From positions 744,001 through 808,000 of the forward strand of contig CAUYUJ010000003.1 of the NCBI GenBank assembly GCA_963575745.1: a stretch of DNA of 64,000 nucleotides, written 5' to 3'. This stretch comes from Prorocentrum cordatum (lineage: Eukaryota). The first letter of the stretch is position 1. The number at the start of each line of letters is the position of its first letter. Below are positions 12,698 through 25,900 of the stretch, in pieces. Under the pieces are notes generated by a model. That model was not told the origin of the DNA. It was given only the letters and a program-made list of their open reading frames with translations, and ran no database searches. The translations under genes and the position numbers were made by a program.

Positions 12698-14580
12698 GAG
12701 GGTGCGCCGCTGGATCTCCCCCAAGGGGGGGGTTAGAACCCCCCCCCCCTTTCCCGATCCGTCGTCGGGGCACCCCCCCCGTCCCCCCCTGCCCCGATCC
12801 GTCGACGTGGAACAACACCACCCCCCCTCCCCCCCCCCCTTTCCCCCGATCCGACCGTCGAGGACCGACCCCCCCCCCTCCCCCCCCCCTTTTAAAAGGG
12901 CGGGGGGGGTCCGACCCCCCCCTCCCCCCCTTTCGCCACGCCGACCCCTGACTCCGGAACCCAACCCCCGCCAGCCCTACCCCTAGTCCTTACCCTAACC
13001 CAAACGCTTAATCCGAACCCCAACCACGAACCCCAGCCCCAAAGAGTACTCACTACTCAGTACTCACTACCCACTATTGACTTCTCGCTATTCGCTATGC
13101 ACTTCTCAATACCCCCTACCCACTACTCACGACTCACTACTCACTATCCACTACTGACTACCCACCACCCACTACTCGCTACGCGCTACTCCCTACTCAC
13201 TACTCCCTCCTCCCTACCCACTACTCACTACTCACTCCTCACTACCCACTACTCAATACTCACTAGTCACTAGGCACTACTCACTACTCCCTACGCACTA
13301 CTCACTAATCACTACTCATTACCAACTACCCACGATCCACTACTCACAACTTACAACGAGCTACTTATTGCCCACAAATCACTACTCTCTACCCACTACT
13401 CGCTACTCGCTACTCCCTACTCCCTACTCCCTACACAGTACTCAGTACTCAGTACACGCTACTCCCATACTCCCTACCCAATACTCACTACGCCCTTCCC
13501 GCTACTCACTGTTCACTACTTGCTACTTACTACTCCCTACTCACTAGTCACTATATAGTCTCTGGTCACTAGTCACAACTCACTAGTCACTAGTCACTAG
13601 TCACTTCCCGCTACCCACTACTCACCAATCGCTACGCACTACCTACTATTCGCTACCCACGTCTTACTATTCACTGCTCACTACTCCCTACTCCCTACTC
13701 CCTACTCACTACTCGCTACTCCCTGCTCGTTACTCACTAATCACTACCCACTACTCACTACCGACTACTCTCTACTCACTACTCACTACTCACTACGCCC
13801 TACTCGCTCCTCACTACTCACTACTCGCTACTCCCTACTCGATACCCACTACTCGCTACCCACTGCCACTACCCACTACTCTCTATTCATCATTACTCAC
13901 TACTCACTACTCACTACGCACTACGTACTACTCAGAACTCACTACTCAATACTCACTACTCACTACTCGCTACTCACTACTCACTACTCACTATTCACTA
14001 CTCACCACCCACTACTCACTACTCGCTACTCACTACTCACTACGCACTACGCACTACCCACTACTCACTACTCACTCATCACTACTCGCCACCCACTACT
14101 CATTACCCACTTCTCACTACCCACTACTCATTACTCCCTACCCCCTACTCAGTACTCACTACTCGCTACACGCTACTCACTACTCACTACTCGCCACTCA
14201 CTACTCACTCATCAGTACACACTACTCACTATTCACTACTCACAACTCCCCACTCCCTACTCCCTACTCCCTATTCGCCACTCACTACCACTTTCTCACT
14301 ACCCAATGCTCACTACTCTACCCACTAACTCACTACTCGCTACGCACCACTCCCTACTTCCAACCCCGTAATCCCTAAACGAGGGGGGGGGGGGTCCGAC
14401 CCCCCCCCCCCCCCCTTTCCATCGCCAAGGGGGGATGGGGGGGGGGGGTCCCGGACCGCCCCCCCCCCTTCAAGGAGGGGGGGGGGGGTTTCGGGACCCC
14501 CCCCCCCTGAAAAGGGGGAGGGGGGGGGTCTGGACCCCCCATCCATTCGTGTATTCAGGGAGATCCACTGGCGCACTTTC
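12698..14580. mobile_element. Non-autonomous TIR DNA transposon (Mutator-like on the basis of a 9-bp TSD) carrying a (CTACTCA)n satellite
   Basis: Left end GAGGGTGCGCCGCTGGATCTCCC versus reverse-complemented right end GAAAGTGCGCCAGTGGATCTCCC (19/23). Exact TSD GGAATGAGG at 12689-12697 and 14581-14589. No ORF. Confidence 0.8.
13045..14360. repeat. Degenerate heptamer satellite (CTACTCA)n
   Basis: Direct inspection. Confidence 0.95.
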
Positions 14581-15319
14581 GGAATGAGGGTGGAACTGCA
14601 TGCGGGCGCTGCCACTGGATCATTCGGTGGAGCTCCCTATGGGGCCTCGAAGCGTGTGAGGGGTGTGCCGAAACGGGACCGGAAACCGCATGCGGGCGCT
14701 GCCCCTGGGGCCTTCGGTGGGGCTCCCTATGGAGCCACGAAACGTGTGATGGGTGTGCCGAAACGGGAGTGGAACTGCATGCAGGCGCTGCCCCTAGGGC
14801 CTTCGGTGGAGCTCCCTATGGCGCCACGAAACGTGCGAAGGGGTGTGCCGACATGGTTGACTGGTGCGGAGGCCAGAGGCAGGGATGGGACGAGGGAAGA
14901 GAGGGACGAGGAAGGAGAGAAGACGCATGGTCCTGTCGCGCCAAAACGAGGACCCAGCACCACAATATTGTTGGGAAAAGACTAAATGATGAGAGGAATG
15001 CAGAAGGGCTAGGAGAACGATGAGAAGGTTGAATGAACTGATGAAGACAAGTGTCATGAATGAATCAACCATAGCGCGCCATTCAGAATGGAATCTCTCA
15101 AACAGCCCTGGCGTAATCATGCAAACAGCGGGTCGCACGGGGGAGACCGCGGGGAGGAAACAGAGGGGGCACCGTGGCGGAAAAGGCCCAAATGGGGGAG
15201 GAGAACGAGGACGACGAAAAAGGACGGGACGGGACGGGCGCCCATACGGACCTACTGCAAAAGGCCCCGCTCATTTGGGCCCGACGGTGAGGGCCGTAGC
15301 CCATCTTGGCAAGCCCACA

Positions 15320-15510
15320 ATTGGTACGGAAACAGTGGGCACGATGCCCAACAGCAAATGTTTTCCGACACCGACAGCGGCCGCTGTTGGGCTGCCGCCT
15401 TTCTGTCTAAAAGAACAACTTCCACAGTGACGCCGACAGCGAGCCCTGTTCAACATGGTCAGGAACTGCCGTTAGTCTTCGTACCCATTTCTTCCGTACC
15501 CGTTTCGACC
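15320..15510. mobile_element. MITE-like element of about 190 bp; same family as 26146-26350 and 35421-35955
   Basis: GGTACGGAAACAGTGGGCACGATGCCCAACAGCA at the left and an inverted CGTACCCATTTCTTCCGTACC at the right. Interior CGGCCGCTGTTGGGC is shared with the 26.2 kb copy. Confidence 0.6.
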
Positions 15511-17499
15511 CCCCAGACCATAGAAAAGCTAACTGGTCGTTGACCAGGCTACCCAGGACAAGTGTCGTGGTAACAATTCGACGACAGATGCCAGGAGGCG
15601 GATAAGAGGGAGGGGGAGGGGGACGAATAGACCCTCAGGAAGAGGCAGGCCCTGGAGGAGCAGGAGGAGGGCGAGGTCGACGCTGTTGGGGGCATCACGG
15701 GGCGTCGTCGAGGCCCTGGAGCCGGCCCAAGAGGCCAAAAGGGCGGGCCTGGGGCGCTTTGATGTTCTGTGTCTTCGCCAGGTCTTGGGGTCTTCGCGGG
15801 GCGCAATGGAAACCCTGGGGCCCTGGTGCGATGTGATATTCTCGCCTTTTCGGCCGCAAGAACGTCAAAATTGCCCGAGGAGCCCCGAAGACCGGCCCAA
15901 GATGGCCATAGAGGCCTCCAAGAGTGGCTCACGAGGCCCCCAAGACGGCCCCAACACTGGCAAACAAACATGCGCCACCACCGCGCCGCTGGAAGTCAAC
16001 CCCGCCAACCTCTCCAACGTGATCCCAAGAGCCGCAGGAGGACCAAGACGGACCCGAGTGTGCCCAAGAAGGCGCCCCAAGAGCCCCCAAAATGCCACCA
16101 AGGCTTTCGGCACACGACCCCAGGTGTGGAGGTACGATGGGTCCCAGGCCATGGGATTTCCGCCCTCGCATCAAAGCCCCCACAGCCCCTTGCCCCCGTG
16201 TCCCCTTGTGCCTCTTGTGCCCAACCTTTTCTATTGCAGGGTCGGCGGAACCAGCCGCAAGGCTCCTGCTACACGAGGAGCGGGAGGAGGGGAGGGGGAG
16301 CGATGGGGAGGAGGGGGAGGAGGTTGGAGGGGGGAGGAGGGTATGGGGAGGTTGGATGGGAGAGGGAGGGAGGGGGAGGGAGGGGGAGGAGGGGAGAGGG
16401 AGGCTGGAGGGGGCATGGAGGAGGAGCGGGCCCTCGGAAGGAGGGAGGGCGAGGATGACGAATAGGAGGAGGGGACGGCGACGAGGGGGGGGAAGGTGGC
16501 AAGGAACCGGGGAGGCAGGGGAGTAGGAGGAGGCGGGGGAGGGGGACGAGGAGCATGAGGAAGATGATTTCTGTGACGTGGAGGGCGGGGACACCCCACC
16601 CACCCCGCTCCTCCTCGTCCTCCCCCCTCCCCGCTTGTCCTTGCTCTCTCCCAGGCCTTCCTCCTCGTCCTCCTCCCCACTCTCTGTCTCTCTCTCTCTC
16701 TCTCTCCGCCCCTGCCCCCTCCCCTCCTCCGTCCCTCCCCTCCTCGCCGCACCGCCAGACGTGTCGGCAGGGCGGGCCGGGCGTACCGCCCGAGACGTCC
16801 CCAGCGCCTGCGGCCCAGAAACTTGACTGGTTCAGCAGCTACACCGGCGGGGGTCACCGTGCTCACAGTGTGGTTTCTCGCCCGGGTACCGCGCAGCCTC
16901 GTCTGAAACGTGCCCGGCAACGACAAGAACGGAGGGCGGCTGGCTCTCAAAAACTGGCCTCTCGCCTTGGCGCCGCGAGCATCCGCTTCCCCCCAACATG
17001 GAAAAGGATGGAGAGCATCTCCTGCTCAAAACGGGAATGTCGCTTATAACTCCTCAAACTTTCAAGGCCAGGAGTTTGAGCCTATGCGATACAAATGGAT
17101 GCTTCTCTTGTTTGTTGCTTCTCTCTCTCTCTCTTTCTCTAGTGCGTTGTCTTTTATTTGTTTCTCTCTCTCTCTCTCTCTATCTCTCCACCCCTGACTT
17201 TGCATTGAACTAACTGGCCCTACCTCTTCCCGTGCGTCGAAATAGAAGTGCGCAGGCAACCATTATGTGTTAACGGGGCCCTCAGCTGAAAGGCATGACC
17301 ATGTGCGTTCGACTTTTAAGGGGGCGATGTCTGCAGCGGATACGAATGGGTTCTGGAACTTATCAGGAGGGACATTGAGAGAGAGGGTGAATCGCAACAT
17401 CGCTGAGGCATGCTGGGAGTGGTGCGGTCCTCGTCCTCACCCAACCCGATGACACGTCTACTCCACGATCATAGTTTCACCCCCCACCTCCTCCTTCCA

Positions 17500-20146
17500 T
17501 TGGGTAACTCAATGTAATTTGCTTCATTTTCTCCAACGTCCCCAGGCGACGGGAGATCATCAACGCATGTTCTTGGAACGTCGAGTGTTTAACAGACGCG
17601 ATAGTACAACACATTTGCATGTACATGGAGGCGAATTCGATCGATGTCACTGTCCTGCAAGAGACCCGGCGGATGAACACCGATACGTTTGGGTGGGAAC
17701 GATATTTCCTTGGAGATGTTGTTTCGGGCGCGAGGCGCAAATCCCAGTAGATGCCCCAAATCGCGACATGCTGATGGAGCTCTGTTCTGGCCGCGGCTAC
17801 GCGGTGGCGAACACGTTCATGGCCAACGACATCGATAAGCGGGTCACGTTCTGCGAGCCACATTCGCACCAAACGGCAGAGATTTCGGAGAAGAACTTTG
17901 CTATGCTGGATTTGGTGCTTGCTCCACTTGCTGCTTTGGACGGGGTGCTCGCTGTGCAGAGCGACAGGCTCACGGGCTTCTCGTCGCACCACTTCCCAGT
18001 GCACGCACGGCTTGCTTTCCCCAGAGGCAGCCCGAGAAGTCTCGGCGCACACACAGCCGCCTAATCTTGCTTTATTGGAACAGCCAGACGTCAAGAGAGC
18101 TTCTTCTCCACCCGCTGACGGAGAAGCATTACGACGGCAATGGCGCCTCCTCGGGCAACAACGGTTGGAACAAGTTTCAGGTCAACGTCCTGGACACCAT
18201 GGCTCGCTTGCCGCGGCGCCGCGGACAAAACACAGGCCGTGGATCAGCGAGGAACACCCTGAAGCTCATCAACCAACGCTCAGAATTGCGATCTCGTGGA
18301 GACTGGAGGGCGAGAAGACAATTGCCAAAGATATCAAAAAGTCGGCACGCCGAGACCGGGCGTCTTGGCTTCAGAATCTTGCCGCCGACGGCTCCTGGGA
18401 TTCGCTTCGCCAGGCTGAGACGAGGGAGGCGCACCCAGCAGACGCGATTGCAACGCCATACTGGGAAGCAGTTAGCACTGAAGAACGAGCAGGGGCATTC
18501 GCTGATTTCTTGGAGCAAATACAGTGGAAAGTTCGCCACGTGACCGCTTTGCCAGAGTTTTCCGAGCATGCCCAGCCGCAGTTGGACATTGTCGAGACTG
18601 ATTTCACGCACAAGGAACTGCGAAGGGCCATCGTGCGCATGTCACCTGGCCAGAGCGTGAAAGAGAACGACATCCCCATTGAAATCTACAAAATGTTGGC
18701 TTCGGCGGATGGCCACTGTCTACAACCTCTTTTGGACGTCATGAATGCGTGTTTGTCTTCAGAAACAATTCCAGACGACTGGGTGGCGGCGCGGGTGTCC
18801 ATGATCTTCAAGAAGAAGGGCCTTCTTGCATGGACAACTACAGGCCGATTTGCTTAACGTCAGTTGCTTACTGGCTGTTCGCTAGCATGTTGAAGCAGCG
18901 CTTCCTAGATGCTGGGCTGGACAGCCGCATCTGGCCATCGCAATACGGTTTTCGTTCCAAGCGCTGCACAGAGGACGCCATCTTCATAGCCAGGAGACAC
19001 CTTGAACTCGCACACGCACAGCGCTACGGGTCGGTATCTTTCCTGGCACTTGACTGGCGGAAGGCTTTCGACAGCGTGCACACTGAGCGCCTGCTGCATG
19101 CGCTCGCGCGTTTCGGGATCACGCCCAAGCGCGTGCGCATCATCCGCTACATCATGACGAACAGGCGTTTCTTTGTGGAGGATTTCGGTATCAAGTCGGA
19201 CGAGCGGCCGCAGCGGTCGGGGGTATCGCAGGGATGCACATTAAGCCCTTTGCTGTTCATCACATTAATGACGGCCTTAATGCAGGATGCAGTCGCCATG
19301 CTTCTGGAGCCAGCGGCACAGGCATATCGACAGAAGCGACTAGCCGATATTGCTTTCGCAGACGACACGCTGCTGTTGGGCGCGGCAGCAGAACATGTCC
19401 AGCAGTTCGCAGAGGCAGTAGAGCGGGCGGGCGCATGCGCCTCGAGCTGAGCATTTCGACAATTCCAGCTGTTACAGGCGAACTCATGCAAACCGGTCGT
19501 CTTCCGGGGGAAGGCCATACCGAGTGAGGACAGTATCGTGTATCTCGGCTCTTCGTTGTCGGCAGATGGCAAAATGGGCCGAGAGCTTGGCCGCCAGATT
19601 GGGGCGGCAGCTGCAGAATTCTGGGTGCTCCAGAAAAGTTTGGAAGCATTCCTCTCTGCCGCTCAGACGGCGCTTGCAGGTGTACAGTCCCTGGTCGAAT
19701 CCAAGCTGCTGTACGCGCTGCCAGCAGGATGCTTCACGAAGGCGGAACTCCGCAGACTCGATGGATTCCAAGCCAAATGCTTAAGACGTGTCTTACACAT
19801 TCAGCCATCTTTCGTTTCCAAGGATATCCAACGCCACTGTATTACAACGCGCGGGCTTCGAGCAGCCTCCGTGCAAGTGCGACGCAGACAGCTACTGTTA
19901 TTGGGCCGTGTCTTACGCGAGCCGGAGCATTCGGACATGCGAGAGGTCACGTTCATGCCGGGCCTCCCTTTCCTCCCCGCCACCGACAGGTACGTCCGCC
20001 GAGTTGGGGCACCCAGGAAAGAATGGGTTCGAAGTGTTCTGCCCGACGCAATCCGCTTGGCCGGGGACAGTTTCCGACTTCAAGATGCAGTGAGTGACGC
20101 CTCCATGTGGCGCCAAAGAGTGCGCTATGTATGTTTGCATAATTGA
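17500..20146 (+). mobile_element. Decayed RTE-like non-LTR retrotransposon ORF2 (APE endonuclease + RT), multiply frameshifted
   Basis: EN: GGEFD, NRDMLMELC...VANTF, LDLVL...SSHHFPV. RT: NYRPICLTS, QYGFRSKR, LDWRKAFDSV, GVSQGCTLSPLLF, AFADDTLL, YLGSSLS. C-terminal RRVGAPRKEW. Confidence 0.93.
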
Positions 20147-21284
20147 TCTGCCAGTATGCACGCCCATGGGCTGCCACAGCCTACAGCACGAACGGACGAA
20201 CGAGCCTCGTCCTTCCCCTCCCCTCGCCCCCATCCTCAACCTTCCCACTCCTCCGCCAGAAATGAAACTTGGCTGGCTTTGTGGAAGAGAGGAGTGATGA
20301 GGAAACGTTGAACCAAAAGGAGCATGGTAGATATCTTCACCATCTTCGCAAATCCGGCTTCATCGGGGATGGGTGGGAGCCCAGCCCCCCCCCTGCCAGC
20401 CCCCCCCCTAACTCCACGCCGCACTTCGCCGAACCCTTCAAGTTCCGCCCCTCCTTGGCCACCGCGATCTCCGCCTTCAGGGGGATGGGGGGGGGCGGGG
20501 GCAACGAGTAGGAGGAGCAAGAGGACTCCAAACACCAACGCCCTGGGGTCCCGACCCTGCCTCACCTTGGAAGCAAAAGGCCCAACGATCGCAGCGGCCG
20601 CCCCTGCAAATGCAAAACATCAAACGGAGCATGTGCGCAGACTGCTTTAGCATACGAGCAATGCATGCGTGGATGTGTTCGGTTTCCGCAAGCGGATCAT
20701 TCAGAACCCCCCCATTCGGAGAAACGGGTGTGTTAACGGGACATGCCGTTCTGAAGCATGCGCAGCACCCGGCTAGAACAGATGGGGTCGATTTCGGGGT
20801 GGCAAGCCAGAGGCGATGATCCACGCTTCTACCCCAAAGGAGCTCTCCTTCATAAGCATGCGACAGCCCCCGACAAAACCATGGCGTTCACCAGTCTTGT
20901 CTTGACGACGTTTGCTCAGCCTGGCTTAGCTGTTCTCTTGACGGGGTCCCCCCCCCGCAAAGTGCAAGGACAAAAGTGAATCCGAATCGAGTCCGCTATC
21001 GCGTTTGCAGCGGTTGGTGTACGCAGGGCCTGCGTGTCCGTTGACCACTCTATATCCAACATAATAACGGGCCCCCCCCCCCCCCCAAACTCCTCGACCC
21101 CTCGAACCCCAAATTGGTTAGATGTTTGGTCGTTCCCCTTGTACTCTCAACCAGAAAACGACGCCAAATCAAGGGTTCGGGCGTGGGCCCCCGTGGCACG
21201 TCCTCCAAGGCAGTCAGAGGACCTCCAAATCCCCGCGGGGGCTGAAAAGGATGGAAGAGGAGGAGAGGGAGGAGGAGGGAAATC

Positions 21285-21633
21285 AACAACACTCGCCACA
21301 AGAATCCAGTGTCCGGCAAAAGTGGAACAGGATGGTGATGTTCACGTACCGGTATCATCGCACATGAATTGTATGTCAGACGTGCTTTCTGTGATCCGTG
21401 AAGCTATCAGTAACTGTATGCAAGAGATTAAAAGAAAGGAGGGATGGCGACGACACCGACGACGATTCGCAGCCGTTGCCCTCGCGCGTCGGCGGGCCCG
21501 CGGTGCCCGCAAGAGGCGCTCATCCAATGCACTCTAGATAGCTGCGGGCGGCGGCGGCAAGGAGCGAGCAGGGACAGAATAGTAACAACTCCACCAGCGG
21601 CGGGACGCGTAGGTCCGCGTTTCGAACCCACCC
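21285..21633 (-). repeat. Putative 3' LTR
   Basis: Shares ATGGTGATGTT...CCCTCGCGCGTCGGCGGGCCCGCGGTGCCCGCAAGAGGCGCTC...TTCGAA(C/T)CCACCC with 33320-33668. Confidence 0.75.
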
Positions 21634-22889
21634 CAGCATGGGGAAGATTGGGAACTCGCTGACGTCTGAAGAATCGCGTTCCGGGGCGGCTTCCTGGGAA
21701 CATGATTTGTTGAGGTGTCGCTGGGCGCCTCCGGAGGCTTCGGGGCCTGGCGCGCTTCCGACAGGTAGCGCTGCTTGGGGCTCTCGTTTTTTAACTTCCT
21801 GGCGAGCGTTTAGGAAACATGGTTTGGGCAGATGGCGGCAATCCGAGAGTCATGTTCCCGGGGGGCTGTCCAGGGGCGTGATTTGTTCGGCTCTCTTAAG
21901 AAGGGGGGCTTCTGGGGGTTTGCCGAGAGGCCCCTTTCGGCCATGTCGGCATGACCATTGGCAACACGGCTGGGGCGGCGGCGGAAAGCTGTCTGGGAAA
22001 TACGATTTACCGAAGTTTCTTGGGGGCCCACAGGAGGCTCCCCTGGGGGCCCCTTGGGGGTCTATTGGGGTTTCTGGGGGTCCTCCTGGGAGCCTCGCGG
22101 GGTTTCTTGGGAGCCTTTTCCCCAAGAGCGCGCTCACGGAGCGCATCTTTGCAGGGCGTTCCAATGACTGCGAGCATCGCATGCAGGGTTCCTGTCCCGG
22201 ATGGCCTCGACGGCGGGGCCCCGTCATCGCCGCCCCCCCGGCTGAGCCGGTAGCAAAGGGATTCGGGGGCTCACCGCCACCTGCAGGCTGTTGGGAACTG
22301 CCAGCAGGCCCCCGTCCCGTCGGGGCTACACTCGCCCCAGCACTCTGCCCCGCGCCGTCAGTGTGATTTCCATCCGTGGGAACGTCAGCTACGTCGACGT
22401 CTCCGACGGCGCTGGCTGAGATCATTCTGAGGGAAATATATTTGGCGAGACTGTCGGCTGCATTCCCGGCTGAACCGGTTACAAAACTCAACGTATTATT
22501 GCTTATCCTTTTTGAACCGTCATTGGATGAGGTAGCAGGGTCGACCACGAGAACTAAGTATGCATATATGTTCTTCCTTTTCTCGGGGTCCTCGGCTCGA
22601 CTCTTCCACCTGGGGGCGCGCTGAGGTAGCTCCTGTCAAAGAGGAACCGCATGCGTGGACCTAACGCGTTTGCCCATGCAGACGCCCCCTCAAAAAAGGT
22701 CACAAACAAGCGCAGTGCAAGTGAGGGGCGGCCCAGCAGATCAGCAGGAGCGAGGGAGTCGCGGCCGCCCGGGGGTGGCCAGCTTTGCGGGCTGATAGTC
22801 GCTACGACTGCAAGCCCATGGGCCAAGACGACAACGGCGGAGCATGCATGTCGCGAGCGTGGTGACACGCTGCAACAAGTCTGCCAGGC

Positions 22890-23560
22890 ACGCACAATAA
22901 CAATCGGCATCTGTTTCACGAAGGCATCAGTCAGATTTTCCGACTGCTCACAATTCTTACCCCTAGCTTCAACATGATCGCGCGCTCCATCGCTACATGT
23001 TTGCAATCCTTTCGCAACGCCACCAGATGTAGACGCAACTGTCCAAGGCTTCTTCATGGCATTCCCTTGCGCGTCTCCTAGTCCATACGCGAACCCGTGC
23101 AATCTGCGCGCGCGACATTGATTAGCACGCAGAACGTCTCGCACTTGCGGGTCCCGCCAGTGCTGATATGCCGAAGGACATTGTATGCAAACTCCCCCAT
23201 CCCTCCTGCAACGCCACAGTAGCAATATCACGGGCATTCCAAAAAAGTTGTCAGAAGACGGCGTTAATTCTTCTCAGGCGCCTCAATGGTATGTGATCTC
23301 CTTGTCGGCAGTGCACGGGTTCGTTCACGCATTGCCACGGTTGCCCTCCAGCGCGTGGAATAAATGCCCAAGGGGAAAAATACGTTTGCCCTTCAACGCC
23401 TTGATATTACAGAATGCTTCTTTCCCCTGAATCGGTTGTCATGTCTTCCTCCTTTTACTGCGCTGCGAGTGGCAACTGCGTTGTTGTCGTAGTAGTTGAT
23501 GAGATTACCAAGATTGCAATGTTCGCTACGACAGAATTTCGCGACGGGTGCGAAGTTTGC
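22890..23560 (-). pseudogene. C5 cytosine DNA methyltransferase-like domain remnant inside the Copia element
   Basis: Ordered remnants AKFCRSEHCNLG (motif I-like), KEEDMTTDSG, NA*TNPCTAD (PC, motif IV-like, about 23313-23318), GGVCIQCP...W (motif VI position), HGFAYGL...KKPW (motif VIII position), C...DH...RG...SENLT (IX/X position). Contains stops and frameshifts. Confidence 0.6.
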
Positions 23561-23994
23561 TTGTCGGGCCCTGTTTTGACACCATAGCATCACTTGATTC
23601 GCCCGCAGCTGAGATGAACAGAAGCAGTCGCATCGTCGGCCTCCGTTGCCGCGGCGCCACTAGATAAACAAGTAGCTGCTGGCGTGGAAAAGGCTAACTT
23701 GCCAGTGACTCCCCCCCCCCCCCCCCTTCCCGACGCGCATAAGTTCGTTTTCCTTGCTGGGCACATGGGCGCTACTTCGCGCTGCCGCCACGGGGCCGAC
23801 AGCTGGCTTGAGAATTCCCCCGGGTGTCAGGGAAGTCTGTCATCGAACGCCAGTGTGACCTATTGATGGTAGCCTTTGGTCTCCTAGAAATTGGGCGAAC
23901 AATGTGAACCAAGTCGCACAAGCGCCTGACTCCATGCAAGTGCATCAGTGAATCTCCTGGTTCCAACGACACCTGCATATTTTTGGGCGCGGTC

Positions 23995-24400
23995 ATATTG
24001 AAGACGCACGGTGCCTCTGCTGAGCTGTTCTGAGTTCTGAAAAGGCTGCGGCATCAATTGGATGCACGCGAAGGAGATTCATCAATTTCTGTGAGTCCCC
24101 TGCATCGCTCACTCTGCATACCGCGTGATTGTCCTCCAAGGAAAAACATGTTGCGGCCCGCTGCAGCTGCATTTCCCGCGATGGCAAAGATGTCAACAGT
24201 TGCGTTCGCAGAGCCAGGCAGACAGCCACAAGCTTAGCCTCCAACGTGCCGTGGGACACACAAGTCTGGCTTCGGGGGGCCATGCTCTGAGATGCTCTAG
24301 CTGGCCCTCGTGCAAAGCCCCCAAATGATCTGGCACTCGTCTTTCTATGGGCACGCGCGTCACGCGCCAGATCTGCGTCGGAATACAAACTGATCTGTAC
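23995..24400 (-). pseudogene. Copia RNase H remnant
   Basis: LYSDADLARD...RKTS, QTCVSHGTLEAKLVA, EDNHAV, KLMNLLRVH. Confidence 0.85.
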
Positions 24401-24999
24401 TGTCCACAAGTCGTCCCCGACCCGTGAAACTACGCGGTAATGAAGCGTCGCTTTGGTGTAGAATCTCAGTCTGAACGGGCCGACGTCCCACTGTTTCATC
24501 AATTTTGTCACGCAACTCGCAGCATGGCCAACGGCTCGTAACAAGACAAACCCCGCCATTCGAGCCCCATGCAACATGTTCATCAACATTGTCGCCGCAA
24601 TTTGTTGTAACATTCCAGGAGGTTCGGGCTGCTGCGACATCGCGTGCGATGGCACCACGCGCAAATAGGGGGCCGCGACTTCTTTGTCGTGAGGACCAGC
24701 GGTGACGGGAACGCTGAGTGCCTTCGCCGACGCCTCCTCAGTCGGCGGGGCAATTTTGCCTCGGGGACCCCCTTGTCCGTCCCCGAGGCCAGCCAACTCC
24801 GGTCCGCAATGCGCCCCCGCCGACGGGCAAGTTTGGAGGCCAGCGCCCTTCAATTGGGCGTCGAGAAGGATGCAAGACTCAAAGAAATCCGCCACATCAT
24901 TCTCAGTGGCCTGCACCTCCGCGGTTTGTTTGGGCATCTATGGCTCGGGCGGATGTCGGGCATCTTTATGGAATCCCGCGCCATCGCTACCTCCCCCGT

Positions 25000-25900
25000 T
25001 AGAGTCGCCCCACGAATCGTCGACAGAGTCTTCTTCTGTTTTGGCGGCGGCGGATCAAGGAAAGCGGGTGGCCCCCCGCGCAATTCCACGGTTATCCTAC
25101 AGAGCTTGCGTCCACAACCCAAGCATCGACCAACCCTCGAAGGAGGATCAATCTCAATGCCGTTGGAGCAGCCGGTTGGCGGTTCTCGCATCATTCCCCA
25201 CCCTGCGTCCATGTTTTTCCGAAGGGCAAGAAATATTGGAATAGTCAACATTTTAAATCAATGGCAATTTCATTTATTGGTGGCACTAACAGCTGCGTCA
25301 AGGGCTACGTTTGGTGAAAACATGTGACATGATATGATTATCGCAACGCTGCGCCCAGTAACACAATATTCAGGATGACCACAGGGTGGGGCATCAACGG
25401 GAAGACAAGTTTCTTTATGTGCGACCACTAATCTGGCCATTCTTCTCCCGGCAAGGACTATCCAAGTGGGGGTCTTTCCCAGCTTGGGCTGTGCATATGC
25501 CTGTTTGGTGTCAGCCAGTTGTATTTCATGGCCTTCGCGCAATCCGCGCGCGTCGGCCACCTTGCTTGCGCGCGTTGTGGCAGGACTACTTGCGTGTTCC
25601 TGGACGAGCGCGACACCTCTATTGTAATCTCGAGCGTCAGACTTTTTTGTTTACTTACGACCCTTGGGACCCCCAGGCAATTCAGACTTCTTTTCTCAAT
25701 CAGGATCGCGAAGAGTCGACCGACATGCGCAGTCTTGCCCGGTAAATTCCCGAGCGCGCCATTGTAACATTGAGCTTGACCTTCGCCCCGAGTTCCGATG
25801 GCTGAGTCTGTCGCACTCAGCCCGGAGAGCCTCGTGGGCTTCTGGATCCACTGCTGCCTCGGACTGCGCAACCGAGCGTGCGACTGCCGCACTAATCAGC
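25000..25900 (-). pseudogene. Copia reverse transcriptase remnant
   Basis: VARSVAQSEAAVDPEAHEALRAECDRL, AHVGRLFAILIEKRS, ADTKQAYAQPKL...PTWIVL, GHPE (matches the AxLQ and LYGHP-type motifs). Confidence 0.8.

Larger units (their letters stand above)
11830..14860 (-). repeat. Same 90-bp satellite in reverse orientation, split by the TIR element at 12698-14580
   Basis: CCTTCGGTGGAGCTCCC units at about 90-bp spacing in 11830-12690 and 14581-14860. Confidence 0.9.

Noticed and set aside
15540..16870. Short GC-rich exon-like segments at about 15640-15730 and 16760-16870
   Set aside because: Strand and frame are ambiguous and I could not establish a consistent splice chain
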